DNA of 64,000 nt from Eledone cirrhosa (lineage: Eukaryota). The notes below the pieces were generated by a model. It had not been told where the DNA came from. It worked only from the letters and a program-made list of their open reading frames with translations, and made no database searches. Shown one piece after another: positions 36,668 to 50,389 of the stretch; within the stretch, counting starts at the first letter, position 1; every line of letters begins with the position of its first letter. The translations under genes and the position numbers were made by a program. The stretch spans positions 264,616,001 through 264,680,000 of the forward strand of contig OZ024742.1 in NCBI GenBank assembly GCA_964016885.1, given 5' to 3'.

Positions 36668-39600
36668 AATGTAGTTGATAAATGAAAGAAAACAAAACAA
36701 ACACAGGAATGTAAAAATAAACAGTTATATTTCGAACAGAAATATTTCATCCAGTAAATGTAAGAGTAGTTTGTGAAGAGGTTAAGAAAAAGGAATTTGT
36801 AGGAGAAAGATAGTTAGGGGAGGTAGGTGAAAGATCTGGCCGGGGGTGGGGGCGGGCTACGACTTTGTCTGTGTATGTGCATATATATATATATACTGAA
36901 GTATATGAAAAGTATAAGTTTTGGCAATTGTGCCTCTGTATTTATATTCATATTCAATCACAAAATAGTGATAATAAGCAGGATAAATGACAGGAGTCAA
37001 TGCATGAAGTTTTATCTAATACTATCAAATAAATTAAATGTGTGTGAGTGTGTGTGTGTGATGAGGAGAGAGAGATGGAGAGAGAGATTGAGAGAGACAG
37101 ACAGAGGTAGAGAGAGACAGAAGTAGAGAGATACAGAGAGAGTGAGAGAGACAGACAGAGAGAAATTATTGAACTTTTAATCATAAAAAGAAAAATACAG
37201 CTGTGTTGCTGTGATATTTCTTGCTTGTGATTTTATTTAGTTTTCTTATACATTTGAGGCTACCAACCTCGAATCATCTTTTTGGGAATCTCGCTGGATC
37301 ATTTGGAGACAGTTGCTTCTAATAGGCATATCTAAGGACTCTGCCCCCATGACCCTTTGAGGAATTAGGGTGGGGGAGGAGGAGGATAAAAAGAAACTAC
37401 AAATATAGTATCCTTTTTATATTTTGGTTTAAGTTAAAAATGGTGGCAAATTGGCAGAGTTGTTAGAATGTTGGATAGAGTACTTTGTGGTATTCATTCT
37501 GGCTCTCTGCACTTCAAGTTCAAATCCTATCAAGGTCAACATTCCCTTTCATCCTTCTGAGATTGATAAAAAAAAGTACCAGTCTAGTACAGGGATTGAT
37601 TCTTCCTCTATATCTTGTTCTTGCTTCCTCTTTGGAAGAAAATCTGCGAAAACCTGGACAGGAGATGGGCTCTACCAGGTTTTAGAATGTCTAAGAAATG
37701 ACATATTGACACACGGTGCTTCTACAACTCCACCAGGAGTTATGGGATTAAAAGAAAGAATAATATTTTTAAAAGAAGACATTTTCGTTTTTACTCATAC
37801 TAGACTTACTAGACTATAGTTAGAGGAAAGCTTGCAGGGAACTAATAGTGATTATTACCACAATTAAAGAGACCCCATTTTCTCATGAGTACTTCTTTTA
37901 ACCAACACCTCCAAATGAAAAAGCAAAGTCAACTCTGGCAGAATTTGAACTCAGAACATAAAAGAATGTCACCAAATATATGTATGAACCTGTAATTCCT
38001 GATGGGGTTGTAAGTGTGTCATAGTAATATACAACATGTGTTGGACATTTTAAACCTGGTGGAATCTAGCTCCTCTCCACATCTGAAGAAAAAATTCAAC
38101 CTCAGCGTACTGGACTTGTACTAATTTTATTGACCTTGAAAGGATGAAATGCAAAGATGACTTTAGCAGGATTTGAACGGAGATCCAGTATAAATACCAC
38201 AAAGCATTCTGTTTGATGTTCTAATGACTCTGCCAATTCACCAATGTCACCAATAACCAAATACTGCCAATTTAACATTCTACTCCTTCTCTTCTAAATT
38301 AATTGGTTGGCTATCTCTGTATTTCTGTATTTGTTTATTTATTTATTTATTTTAATTAATTTATTTATTTTTTTAAAGATGACTGGTTTTAAGGTTAAAC
38401 GTTATCAGATATCCCAGTTAGTGTAGACAGTACTTTGTTCTGTACTAAACATAGATTCGTAGACACTGATACTGTAGCTAACATACTAGTTGTACTTTAA
38501 CAAATGACAGATTTTTGGGAGATTTTTTCCTAAACTTTACAAAATAATTTTTTAATCAATCAGAATTTATATGTATGCTATGAATAATGTTTACACTATT
38601 AGGACGGGGATGTATGTATGCATCTGTGTGTGTTCATTTTATAATTGTCTAGAAGGATAGCAAACATTCTGTATTGTTTTTCTTAAGGAAATATGTTGTG
38701 GGTGATAGGCATTTCATGAAAGTATGTTGTAATATGACTGTGAGTGTTTCTGTCACGGAAGGTTATTTTCTTCTTATTTTTAATTTTGTCTTCTCATTTA
38801 ATTATTTAATTCAAGAAGGAGGTCAGTGCCTGTAGCCCTTGAAAAAACATCCAAGATTAATGTAGTTGATATATAACATCTGCTATTACATAAGTGGATG
38901 TAGCATAGGCAAATACTCATATGCAATTATTAGGTCCTAGGTTTGATCCCACTATATGGCATCTTGGGCAAGCATCTTTTACATAGCGTTGGGTAGATGG
39001 AAACTATTTGGAAGCCCATTGGATGGACTGTGCCTGTAATTCAAAGTACCAGCCATGTGACACATTGTGTCACAATGAATCTCCCAGAGAATTAAGTTAA
39101 TAGTACACAAGTTTGTGGAATGCTCTGCCACTTAAACATTAATTTTATGCGAAATCTGTTTCATTGATCAAAAATAGAACTCTCTTCATCAAAACCCATG
39201 GAGGTCCCTTTCATTAAATAAATATTGGTTTATACAGGGCAAGCATGGACAGAATAGGAGTTAGTGAGGAAAGATTGTGTAACTGTTTTGTGTGTGACTT
39301 AAAGGTGATACAGAGACTAAACAGGACAATGGAGGGAGGGGTGGGAGTAATGTATGTACTTATATCTGGTGTTATTCAGTGTGCTAGTTCAAAGGAAAGG
39401 GGAGCCATCATGAAGACTCTATGACAGGGAACATAGCTTCACTTCTGATTATCAAGTGTTTATAGAAGTAAATTATTTAGAAGTTGTCTATCAAGTTTCA
39501 TAACTCTTATGCATACCATTGTTTTATAGGTACTACAGATTTATATTGTTATATATGTCTTTGTTTCCATAAATTACCTTATAGCCTTATGCACTTTTGC

Positions 39601-40087
39601 AAATCTAATTGTCTTGATTTCTTTGTGAATGTTCACATGCTTGAATATGTAAAGAAATCCCAGCAACATGGGAGGCGGGGATAAACCTTTTAGGGTTGTG
39701 CATATTTCATGGTGATTCTCACAGTCTGATTGCTACATGCCTTCTGCTTTTTCTTTAATAATGATTGTGAGACCAAAGGGTCACATACTGCCAACAACTT
39801 GTCTATGCTGGGTCTATCAAGTTCAGTAGTGACATTTTGTGTGCATGTGTGTGTGCATGTGTGTGCATGTATGTGTGTTTGTCTATGTGTGTTTGTGCAT
39901 GTGTGTGTAAATATAGAGTAATTACTGAAAAGAAAAATCCTAAAGACTTTCTTTTTAGCCTGATGACTACCACTAAATGATAACAGCTATTGCAAAACTT
40001 TCTAAAAGAACTGTAGCTGATGTGAATACCTTTTCTTCCTTTGAGTACATAGATAAGAATATCATACTGAATGATATTCAGCCTACT

Positions 40088-40303
40088 TTAACCCTTTAAT
40101 GTTCAAACCGGCCAAAACCGGCCAGAATTCTGTTGAAACTGGCTGTAGCTGGTAACTCAAACTGATGTTAAAGTATTGTTCTCAAAATAAATACTTTCAA
40201 AATCTCATAGATTCGATATTATGTGAGAGAATTATGCGAGGTAAAGCCTTTGCCATGAAAATATAATAGTATATATAGAGTAATGTGAATGCTAAAGGGT
40301 TAT
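40088..40303. mobile_element. TTAA-type MITE, third copy
   Basis: ttaa|ccctttaatgttca ... gaatgctaaaggg|ttat. Confidence 0.85.
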
Positions 40304-41409
40304 ACTTCTGCTTTTGTTATAAAATTGAGTTCTAATGTTTCCCTAATATTCATCATACAGGCATCTAATTGGCAGAGTTATTAAAACATAGGATAGACTG
40401 TTTTGCAGCATTATTCCAGCACTCTACACTCAGAGTTCAAATCCTGCTGAGGTCAAATTTGCATTTCATCCTTTTGAGATTGATAAAAAAAAGTGCCAGT
40501 TCAATATTGACGTCATTTCTTTGTTGATATCTCATTCTCATTTTCCCTCTATCCATCTCCTTCTCTAGAAGAAATTGGCTGTATTCAGACCTGGAGAAGG
40601 GATGGGCTCTGCCAGGTTTAAAAAATGTCCAAGAAGTGCTGTATGACACTATGGTGCCCCCATGACTCCATCAGGAGTTAAGGGTTCAAGAAAAAAATTG
40701 TCTATAATATGAACCACTATATTGTAATGGAACTAATGGTAATTATCTATTGCTTTCTGCCAACCATCCTTGTTGGCAGTATTAAAAATTCTAGTTATAA
40801 TCCATTAAATCTGGAGATTGCTACTTTCCCTTGATATTTTTTCCTGGAAATATCTATGCTGTACCACACCAAATTTGAATCTGTACTGTTTCTTGGTAAG
40901 AAGATTATGAAAAAAATATTTAATAGTACTCTTGCTAATAATTGTTTGCTTGGAGAGAAGAGGGATGAGCTTCAATAATTAATGCAGTATTTATCATAGT
41001 ATTTCCTCTTGAATAAATAAATGTTCCTCTATAAAGTCAGTGTTGAAGTGCAATATCTTGTTTCTTTATAAACTGTAAACTGTTGATAATTTTGACAAAC
41101 AAATTAAATTCTTCTGACCGGTGGGGCTGATTTAGTTAGTTCAATTTAAACTTCTGGAAGTTGATCATCACCATTGGTTGACATCTATTTTCTATTATAC
41201 CATAGGTCAGATGACTATCATGTACTGAGCTCATCCACTTTATTTAGGCTTGCTTTCTATGGCTGGATGCCCTGCATAACACCAACCACTTTTCAGCCTT
41301 TACTGGGAGCATTTTCTTATGACACCCACTGTGATCTGGGTGCTTTTGTTTTGGCACCAGCACTAACTGGGTATATGTATATATATATATATATATATAT
41401 ACACTCATA

Positions 41410-42560
41410 ACATAGGTCTCTGTGGGTGGTGCAAGTTTATGCACCAAACTAGGGGTCTGATGAAAACAGATCCTTCCTTGAAGAAGTCACTGCAGTTTTA
41501 GATGTAGTTAAGACTTGTCATATATCCTGGTGGGAGATTTCAATGCTCATGTTGGCATGGTGATGGGAAGGAGTGATTGGATGGAATGGCAACCCCAATC
41601 TAAAAATGACTGGAGAGGTCTTAGTAGATTTCTGTTTTAGCAATGGCCTCTCTTATGAACACCTTCTAGCACAGACACATCCATAAATATACATGGTATA
41701 AGGAAAATCAGGGAGAAATCAATAATTGATTTTGTTATTGTTTCTGATATCTTTGATTCTGAGCTGGAGGTTTGTGTTAAGGGAGGGGCTGAGCTGTTAA
41801 TTGATCATCATCTAGTTATCTGCAACTTGAGACTACCTAAAACCAGAGAAGCCAAACAGTCTTGTCCAGAGCGACCTACAAGATAAAGTGGGAAGCATTG
41901 GTGGATAAGGAAGTCAGAACCAGTTATGCAGATATTAGTGCATCCAAATTCAGAGAACTCCTTGAGCAAACTGAGGACATTGAGACAGAGTGGAGATTAT
42001 TCAGCTAGGCAGTTTATGCTTCAGCTGTTAAATGCTGTGGGCAAAAGAGGCTTGGTGTGGCGCAGGATGGCAGGAGGACATCTTGTCTCAATCTATGTGT
42101 CAAAGACACCATCTGAGGGAAAAAGAAGGCCTACAAAGCTTGGCTAGGAAATAACTTCTCCTTCTTGCACTTGGAGTTCAAGCAGGCATGAAGAAGAATT
42201 GCAGCAGAGACAGTAAAGGCATCCAAAGTTAAGAGATGGGAAGACATTGGAGTTAAGCTGATAAAGTAGTATTTGATTAAACAAATAAAGTAATCTAGCA
42301 GACCATCCACCAACTTCGTAATAAGAATTTCTCCTCTGCACCTGCTATCAGGAATGCATCTGGGGTTCTTTTTGAAGAGAGGTGCATCCTTGCTTAGGTG
42401 GAGAGAATACTTTTCTAAATCTGCTAAACCTGATCACAACAGTATCTTCTGGTGTACACGAGGTGCATCTGGAAGCAGTGATTATCACTCAGAGGCTGAG
42501 GTCACAAGAGCAGTTAAAGAACTCAAATGTGGCAAGGCCACTGGGGATGAAATCCACCCC
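41410..42560 (+). mobile_element. Decayed RTE endonuclease and linker region
   Basis: YAPN; ILVGDFNAHVG; HKYTWY; KSIIDFVIVSD; GAELLIDHHLVIC; many frameshifts. Confidence 0.8.

Positions 42561-42571
<11 letters not shown>

Positions 42572-42656
<85 letters not shown>
42572..42656. repeat. (GT)n microsatellite
   Basis: Seen directly. Confidence 0.98.
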
Positions 42657-42657
<1 letters not shown>

Positions 42658-43863
42658 TAATGATGTTTATCATTTTTTCAATTTACTGAGAAATTTGTAT
42701 ATTCTGGCATGTTTACATGCCCCCAAATTAGATATATGTATATGTTTGTACACATTGGTGTAGTCTCAGTTACACACTCTGTATTCCTACAGATATAACT
42801 TGATCATACACTTCGGCTGTTAGTGCTATTCTTACTATATATAACCCATGATAGCAGGGAAAGTGGATGTAGAATAATGATGATGATGATGATATATATA
42901 TATATATATATATGCATGTGCCTGTGTAAATATAGATATGCATGGTGCTATATATGTATCTACTCTTTCTGTGAAACTGTTTGTTTATTTTTTTATATGT
43001 GTATATATGTGTGTTGATGTGTAGATGTCTGTGTATTTGGATGTATGTGTGTCAGAGAGAGAAGGAGTGTATATGTGTGTGTGGGTGGGTGTATGTGCGT
43101 GTGGGTGGGTGTATGTGTGTGTGGATAGGTGTATGTGTGGGTGTGTGTATGTGTGTGTGGGTGTGTGTATGTGTGTGTCTGTGTGACTGAGAAATATTTA
43201 CACTCACTCCATATGCTTTTGTCTATTAAAACAAGTGCATTTGAATTTTTGGTGTTGTGTAACTGCCAAACGGTATTTCCTGAAAGTAATCCATTTTATT
43301 AGTCAATCAGTGTAATAATATATTACTGTATAAATAGCAGCTCTAATTGTATCTGTTATTAATCAGTGAAAGGACTAAGTGTATGGTTACTATTAATGAT
43401 GTATTTTATTGCAGCTTAGTAAATGCTGGAGTCAGTATATTGGTTAGATAGTGCCTTGTAGGCTGTAAACTGAATATTTTAATGCTACTAGTTGCTTATC
43501 ACTTGATTTCAAGTTCAAAGCTCCACTATATCTTTCATATTTCTTAGGTTAATGAAATTTCACAAGCAGGACATTCTTGCAAAGTATAAAATAGTGCTAT
43601 GACTGCATCACATTAAAAGTCAAAATCTTAATTCTAATACTGCATGTTTCCATGCTAATCGCTACACTAGTAAACATATTATGAACATTTGAACTAACAA
43701 ACCAATTTTTAAGTAATTTTTTGTTAAATCATCACAGGATTAAGCATTAAATAAATACCAGTTGTTTAGCATCAGGTCAACTCTTGTTGAGTTTCACGAA
43801 AGGTATTCTAGCTTTTGCATGTATATGAAGGACCACATTATATAATGTGCCCTTTATTTAACA

Positions 43864-45055
43864 CTAGCTGGCCCATCCGGCTGGCGCCCAGCTAGGCATT
43901 TTATCTTTTCAGGAATCCCCCCCTCCACTCCAATGCAAAGATATTGCACACCCTCTCAAGTCAGAGAGGGGGGGGGGGGGGTTAACGTCCTCTGATGTTG
44001 GCTTTGAATAGTTTTTAGGATTCCCCAGTTCAGCAGCCAGTACGTTAAAGAAAATTGATAGTTACAACAATAAAGGCTGAACATACAATTAACCATGGGA
44101 GAAGCATGGTTTTCCCAGATGAAGGCCAGCCACTTTTAGGGCTTGACCCTGAGCTTTGTTGATGGTAATTGCGAAGCTTAGTCTCTCTGTTGCTCTAGTA
44201 ACATTTTTTCTTCAGGAAAATCTGATCTTGCGGCCAGGCTGGGACTTTTGGGGTGGCATATCAGCAGTAACAATGATGATAAGCCGCCTGTGCTTTCGTG
44301 AAATAAATACGTTTGTTTATATTTTGTTTTTGTGTATGCAAAAATATCTGTACACAAATATATAATTATATATATATATATATTAAAATAACAGATTAAA
44401 GTTTAAGCAAAGAATTGCTGCTTTCACCCTTAACAGGATCTTCTGAAACTAAAACAAATTAATCTGTGAATGCAGAAGTAAATATTTCGAAAAACGTTGC
44501 AACTGAAGGAAAACAGGAAGATGATACTTTGGTTCGTGAAGACGTTCCCCGGCAATGAACGGAATAAAGCGAAGATAATACGTCAGCAATGAGAACAATA
44601 TTTGCTCTAGGCTTCTTATATATTTGATATATATTTATCCTTATCGAGCCCTCTTTGGATTTTAGCCTTCACATTTATTATTATTACTAATTATATATAT
44701 ATAATTAATTATTGAGAGGGCGTGCGGTATCTTTGCACTGAATTAATTAAAAGTTGGTTAGAAGCGAAGTCAATGCAGATAGGCAGCCAGACAGACAGAT
44801 ATTATAAGCGTGTGGCCTTATAGCTATGTATCTAATGCAGGCAGCCTGACATACAGAGACATTATAATGGTGCAACGTTTGAAAATTTTAAAGAAGTGAA
44901 TATTTAAATAAACGATAAAATATTTTTAATCTTTTAACGAAATTTAGAAGACAAAAATACCCTCACTTTCTTACTTGGAAAAAGTTACATCTATGGTGCA
45001 AATTTGTTTGGTCCAGCCGTTTGGTGAAAAGTTTGTTACAGCTTTATAATATAGA
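43864..45055 (-). mobile_element. Non-autonomous Helitron-like element with an internal repeat at 44381-44688
   Basis: Minus strand: a|TCTATATTATAAAG at 45055 and a GC-rich hairpin plus CTAG|t at 43864. Confidence 0.7.
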
Positions 45056-45326
45056 TAATAGGAAGTGATTTGGAGGGGATTTAGCTGTTACTTATACCAG
45101 ATGAAACAATGCCATAGGCGTTCTCTTGTTAATTTGAATAAATACTCATAATATATTGGGGGTAAATTACACCACTTTGTGCTTAGTCAGGAGAAATCAA
45201 TATATCAGTGAAGGATAAGTAATTTCAGTTCAGTTGTGATGGTTATGTTGTAATTATTAGTGAACTTGATGTTAACTATAATTGTATTAAAGACATGACA
45301 ACCTCTGTAGTGTTGGTGATCTACAT

Positions 45327-45533
45327 CAGGCATGTCAAACTGAGGCTCTCCCGAGGGCCACATGGGTCACATGTGTGTTGTCTGAGGGCCACATATGACA
45401 ACTAATTGTACACATTACAACTAATATTTTTTTATTTTATATTACACTCGCGCTGTAAAAAGATCTGTGCAGGCCACAGGTGTGCTTATAGAGGGGGACA
45501 TGCGGCCCATGTGCCGTATGTGTCGCATGCCCG
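45327..45533. mobile_element. hAT-like MITE with an 8-bp TSD
   Basis: Ends caggcatgtc / gcatgcccg; TSD atctacat (45319-45326) versus atgtacat (45534-45541). A related right end gtttgacatgcct lies at ~55986. Confidence 0.75.
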
Positions 45534-45966
45534 ATGTACATGGTAAATGCACCTAGTACAATCTGTAAAGTCGTTGATGATAGGAAGGGTGTCCAACTGT
45601 AGAAAACTTGCCAAACAAAGGGTCAGAAGAACTCTTCTTCAGCTAATCTCTCTAGTGTTGGTGATCTACATGATATACACATCAGTAATCACTGTAAAGT
45701 CGTTGCCAATTGGAAGAACATCCGGTTGTACAAAACCTGCCAACCAAAACGTTAAGAGGAATCATCAACTGTGTCAAAAACATCACAGCCTCCTTGGTGT
45801 TGGTGACACAATCCAATGTAGAGCTTGGAAAAGTGAAATATAGGGTTCTGGACCATTTGAGAAGTCAGTAGTTCCCCATGAGTCCTGACAGGGTCAGTGA
45901 AGACTCGTTAAATCATTACTAGAAGAGAAGACAGACATTAAATGGTAATGATGATGATGATATATG

Positions 45967-46007
<41 letters not shown>

Positions 46008-46209
46008 ACACTGTAAACATGGTTAGTGTTAGGAAGGGCATCCAGCTGTAAAAAAAACAGCCAAAATACAGTTTTGTTTGAATAAGGTACAAAACGGTCA
46101 ACTGGCCAGACTTGTCTCATAACATGGGACATATCTGTCTAACCCATGCAAGTGTGGAAAAACAGATGTTAAACAGTGATGATGATGATGATGATTTATG
46201 TATATATAG

Positions 46210-47311
46210 GAAGTGAGTTTAGTGCAGAATTCAAAGTACAGGTTGTTCACTAGAGTTTGGTTCTTAGCCCACTGTTATTCATTATAGTTCTCCAGGCTAT
46301 AACAGAGGAGTTTAAGATGGGTTACTCATGGGAACTTCACTATGTGGATGATCTGGTCCTTATAGCTGAATCCATAAAATAACTAGAAAATAAGTTCTGA
46401 CTAGGGAAACAGAATTTGGAATCAAAAGGCCTGAAAGTAAACTTAGCCAAAACTGAGGTAATAGTAAGTAAGAAAGAAGATAGGACCCTGATTCCTTCAG
46501 GGAAGTGACTCTGTTCAATATGTAGAAAAGGAGTTGGCATGAACTCCATACGATGTAGACATCGTAAATCTTGGGTATACAAGAGATGTAGTGGAATAAT
46601 GTGTAGACTAACAAGAATGGAATACTTTGTATGAGAAGAGGAACAGGGGTAACCAGGTGGAAGAGCACCAGTCACAGGAAGGGCCCATAGCAGTGGTTGA
46701 GAGCTTCTGCTATCAATGTGACTTAATCAGCAGCAGAGGAAGGTGCTCTGAGAGAAGAATAGCTAGAATAAGAATAAGAATAGGATGGAAAAAGTCTAGA
46801 GAGCTACTCCCACTATTGACAACAAAAGGTTTCTCCCTATGTACAAAAGGATATCTGTATGATGCCTGTATATGAAGTGTGATGCTGCATGTTAGTGAAA
46901 CATGATCAGTGATGGCAGAGGACATATGTAGGCTGGAAAGAAATGAAGCAACTATGCTTTGTTGGGTGTGCAATGTAAATGTGCAAGAAAGGCAGAGCTT
47001 GGATGATCTGGGCTTAAGGAGAATCCGACATAGTGTGCAGGAGAGACGACTGTATTGGTATGGACATGTAATGTGCATGGACAATGACCGTTGGGGGAAG
47101 AAATGCCAGGATATCCCAGTGGAAGGAAGCCGCAATAGAGGATGACCAAGTAAGACCTGGACAGAGGTTGTGAGAGCCTACGTCAAATCACTGAGACTTA
47201 CAGAGGAGATGATGAAGAAACACAGGGAGTGGAGAAATGTTGTGCTGAGAAGGACCCATTCAACCCATGCTAGTGTGGAAAAATGGACATAAAAACAATG
47301 ATAATGATGAC
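46210..47311 (+). mobile_element. Decayed RTE LINE, RT core to 3' tail
   Basis: SPLLFIIVL..WELHYVDDLVL..KVNLAKT; RLYWYGHVMCM; (GAT)n tail. Confidence 0.85.
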
Positions 47312-47517
47312 ACAATGGTTCATTTATTAAATATTGGAGAGTCTGACACGTGTATCAATGTCAAACATAATCAGCTTATGAAATCTGTATTATTATATAA
47401 TCCATTATCTCACACTGCTTGCTAATATTCAACATATCTCCTCAGAGAAAGTCTAGAGATAAATGATTCATCGCATATCAACAAAAGTGCTTTAATGTTT
47501 TATTTTTCTGTTAACCT

Positions 47518-48205
47518 ATCATCATCATCATCAATGTTTAACGTCCGTGTTCCACGCTTGCATGGGTTTGGACGGGGGTATTCCCACTTGAGGCAAGAGT
47601 GATTGTCTTGCTCACATAGGACTGTCTGGCAGGTTTTCTACAGTTGGATGCCCTTCCTAACACCAACCACATTTACAGTGTGGGTCTGGGAGGTTTTTAC
47701 CGTGTTGCCTACACGGCCACAATACAGCGTGGACTGTGTGTTTTTTTGTCGTGACACCTACACGATCTCATTTGTTTCGGCCTGGATGGTGTGGCACCAA
47801 CATAACTTTACATAGAAGGGGGTGGTGTGGATGGGGTGGGGGTGGTGGGACGGGGGTGTATTTTGTTAGAGATGCCTACTGGCTGTAGTAGGTTTTACTA
47901 TGTATTTAGGTAAGGCGGGTCTTCTCTATTACTGAGTACCGCCAAAGGTCTTGGTCCAGTGACATTGTCTTGGAGAGGTGTAAGTGTGTGAGGTCGGAGT
48001 TTATCAGCTCGTCCCAGGTTTTTCTAGGTCTGCCTATTCCGTGGCTACCGTCTATCTTTATTGCCCTGCACTTTGTTATACAGCTATCGACTTTCATGCG
48101 CATCACGTGTCCATACCAACGTAGCCTTCTCTCGAGTAAACAACATCTGATCCCTCTTATTTCTAATTTTTTCCTTAGTTCGTTTATGCTTTGCCGTTCA
48201 CACGT
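47518..48205 (-). mobile_element. 5'-truncated RTE family A copy
   Basis: ORF 47906-48106 GRPRKTWDELINSDL; homologous to 2405-3130. Confidence 0.9.
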
Positions 48206-48259
48206 ATATTACTACCGTTCTCCCCAAGTATAACAATATGTATATATATATATATATAT

Positions 48260-48566
48260 GCCTTGCAATCGAAAGGTTGTGAGTTCAATTCTCAGACCGG
48301 GTGATGTGTTGTTTCCTTGAGCAAGATACTTTATTTCACATTGCTCCAGTTTACTCAGCTGTAGAAATGAGATGATAGGGACTGGGGTCCTTATCATTCC
48401 ATTGCAAAGTGGTCGTGTAGGTGCCACGGCAAAAAAGCACCCAGCACTCACTGTAAATGAGGTTGGTGTTAGGAAGGGCATCCAGCTGTAGAAATCAAGC
48501 CAGCATCAGTTCCCGTCCCACCCTTGCAAGCAAGGAAAAAGCGGACGTAAAATGAAATGATGATGA
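48260..48566 (+). mobile_element. CORE-like SINE with RTE-derived tail
   Basis: B-box gagttcaattctc, CORE-like body, then gttaggaagggcatccagctgtagaaa..(GAT)n. Confidence 0.8.
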
Positions 48567-48969
48567 TATATATATACATATACAGCCCAATACACCCTGT
48601 AAGGTGGTTGGTGACAGAAAGTGCACCATGCTTATAAAAAAAAGGCACAATATCCTTTCTAGTGTTGGTGATGGGAAGGGCATCCAGCCATAGAAAGCTT
48701 TCCAAACAAAGGTTTGGGTGGACTGTTCAGTCTCCCTAGTGTTGGTGCTGACTTGGTCTGGGATGTTCTATCCAACCCTTGCTAGCAGGAAAAATAGATG
48801 TTGAATGTTGATGACGATGACATATATGTATATATGTATATATTATCATCATCATCACCATTTGATATCTATTTTCTAAGCTTGCACAGGTTAGACAGGC
48901 CGTCACATCAGACAGAAGTAGTGATCATGTCTTGCTTATATGATCCATTTTTGGCTTGGTTTTTTACAG

Positions 48970-49075
48970 TTGGTTGTCCTTTCAAATGGCAAATGCCTTA
49001 CTTAGTGGGCTGGTGACTCAACAAAAGGCATTCAGCCCACTAAGTAAGGCATTTGCCATTAGGAAGAACAACCAA
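48970..49075. repeat. Fold-back, 43-bp arms, 20-nt loop, ending in (TA)n
   Basis: Arms at 48970-49012 / 49033-49075. Confidence 0.9.
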
Positions 49076-49324
49076 TATATATATAAATCATCACCCTTTA
49101 ACAACTGCTTTCCATGCGAGTAAGGGTTATATATATATATTACTTTGATTAAAAACACTATATATATTTCAATGACCTGATTATGTAAGGTCCTGGCGAC
49201 ATCAGGTGTGGATTGCATAATTAGTTAATCAATAAAGTAAATTATGGCAAACACAAACAGAGAACAGAGAAAATATAGAAAATATTTGATTCAGGGATGC
49301 AGACCATCTCCGAATCAATCATTC

Positions 49325-49890
49325 AGATATGGGCTGCTCCAACAACAATTTCACCTGATCTGCCTTTCAGGGTACCAACATTGATATTTGTACCTTGATT
49401 GTTACTTCTACTGTTAGAGTTTCTATATACCTGAAAGGTAAAGAGGTTGTGCAATTGCTTGATGATGGTCGAGGGGTTCTTGCACATGGCTACACTAGCC
49501 AACCCACTACTATAGGCAGAACTAACATGACTAGTGTTAGCCCTGTGTTCGCAACAAGTGGAAATAATATAGGTCATGTGTTTCATGATTTGGGCTGGGT
49601 TTTACTGGCTAGATGCCCTTTCTATCACTAAGTACTTTACAGCATGGACCGGGCGCATTGTTTGTGCCACCAGCACAAGAAAGGTTATCTTACCAGACTT
49701 AAGAGTCCTCTCCACTCTGTATCAGATTTTGTATGGAGTGTCTGCTCTCCTAGATGAGTGGCCTTCACTACGGCTAATGGAGCCCACATCTGCAGTGGTT
49801 TTAATATTTGAGTCACTGCCCTCTTAGATGGGTTGCCTTCACTACAGGTTACAGGGTCCACGTCTGCCCCATGCAGTTGTTTTTTATCTG
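49325..49890 (-). mobile_element. RTE 5' fragment (5' UTR monomers plus endonuclease start)
   Basis: INVGTLKGRSGEIV at ~49345-49390. Confidence 0.7.
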
Positions 49891-50389
49891 ATGTATATAT
49901 ATATATATAATATAGTGGCAGCACTACTCTAAACTTACTTTTAGCCTTTAGTAACTGAATACTAGTAATCTCTGTATTTATTAGTAACCTATTTTTGTTT
50001 GTTTTAAATCAGATTTGCTTCTTTACCCAGTTATATTTTGATAAGATCCATGCTAGTGCAAAGAACAACAGCAATGCTGTTAATTGCAGATACTTTGCTG
50101 CAGTACTAGTTGACTGGTGCAGTGTTACGAACAGTTTGTAGGGTAGGGTGTCTGACAGCATTATTTGGAATTACATTAAGGTTAACTTTAAGCTGCCTTG
50201 GATAATGGGTGTAATTAGCAATATGTGTTGTCTTTCAGGTTACCATGGTATCTGCACTACTTTCAGCTTACCTACTTTGTAACTATCATCCATTGCATCA
50301 TATACAGCTCTATCTACATCAAAATACAATATACACACACACTCTTACACTCATTCACACACTCTCACACTCATTCACGCACTCTCACA

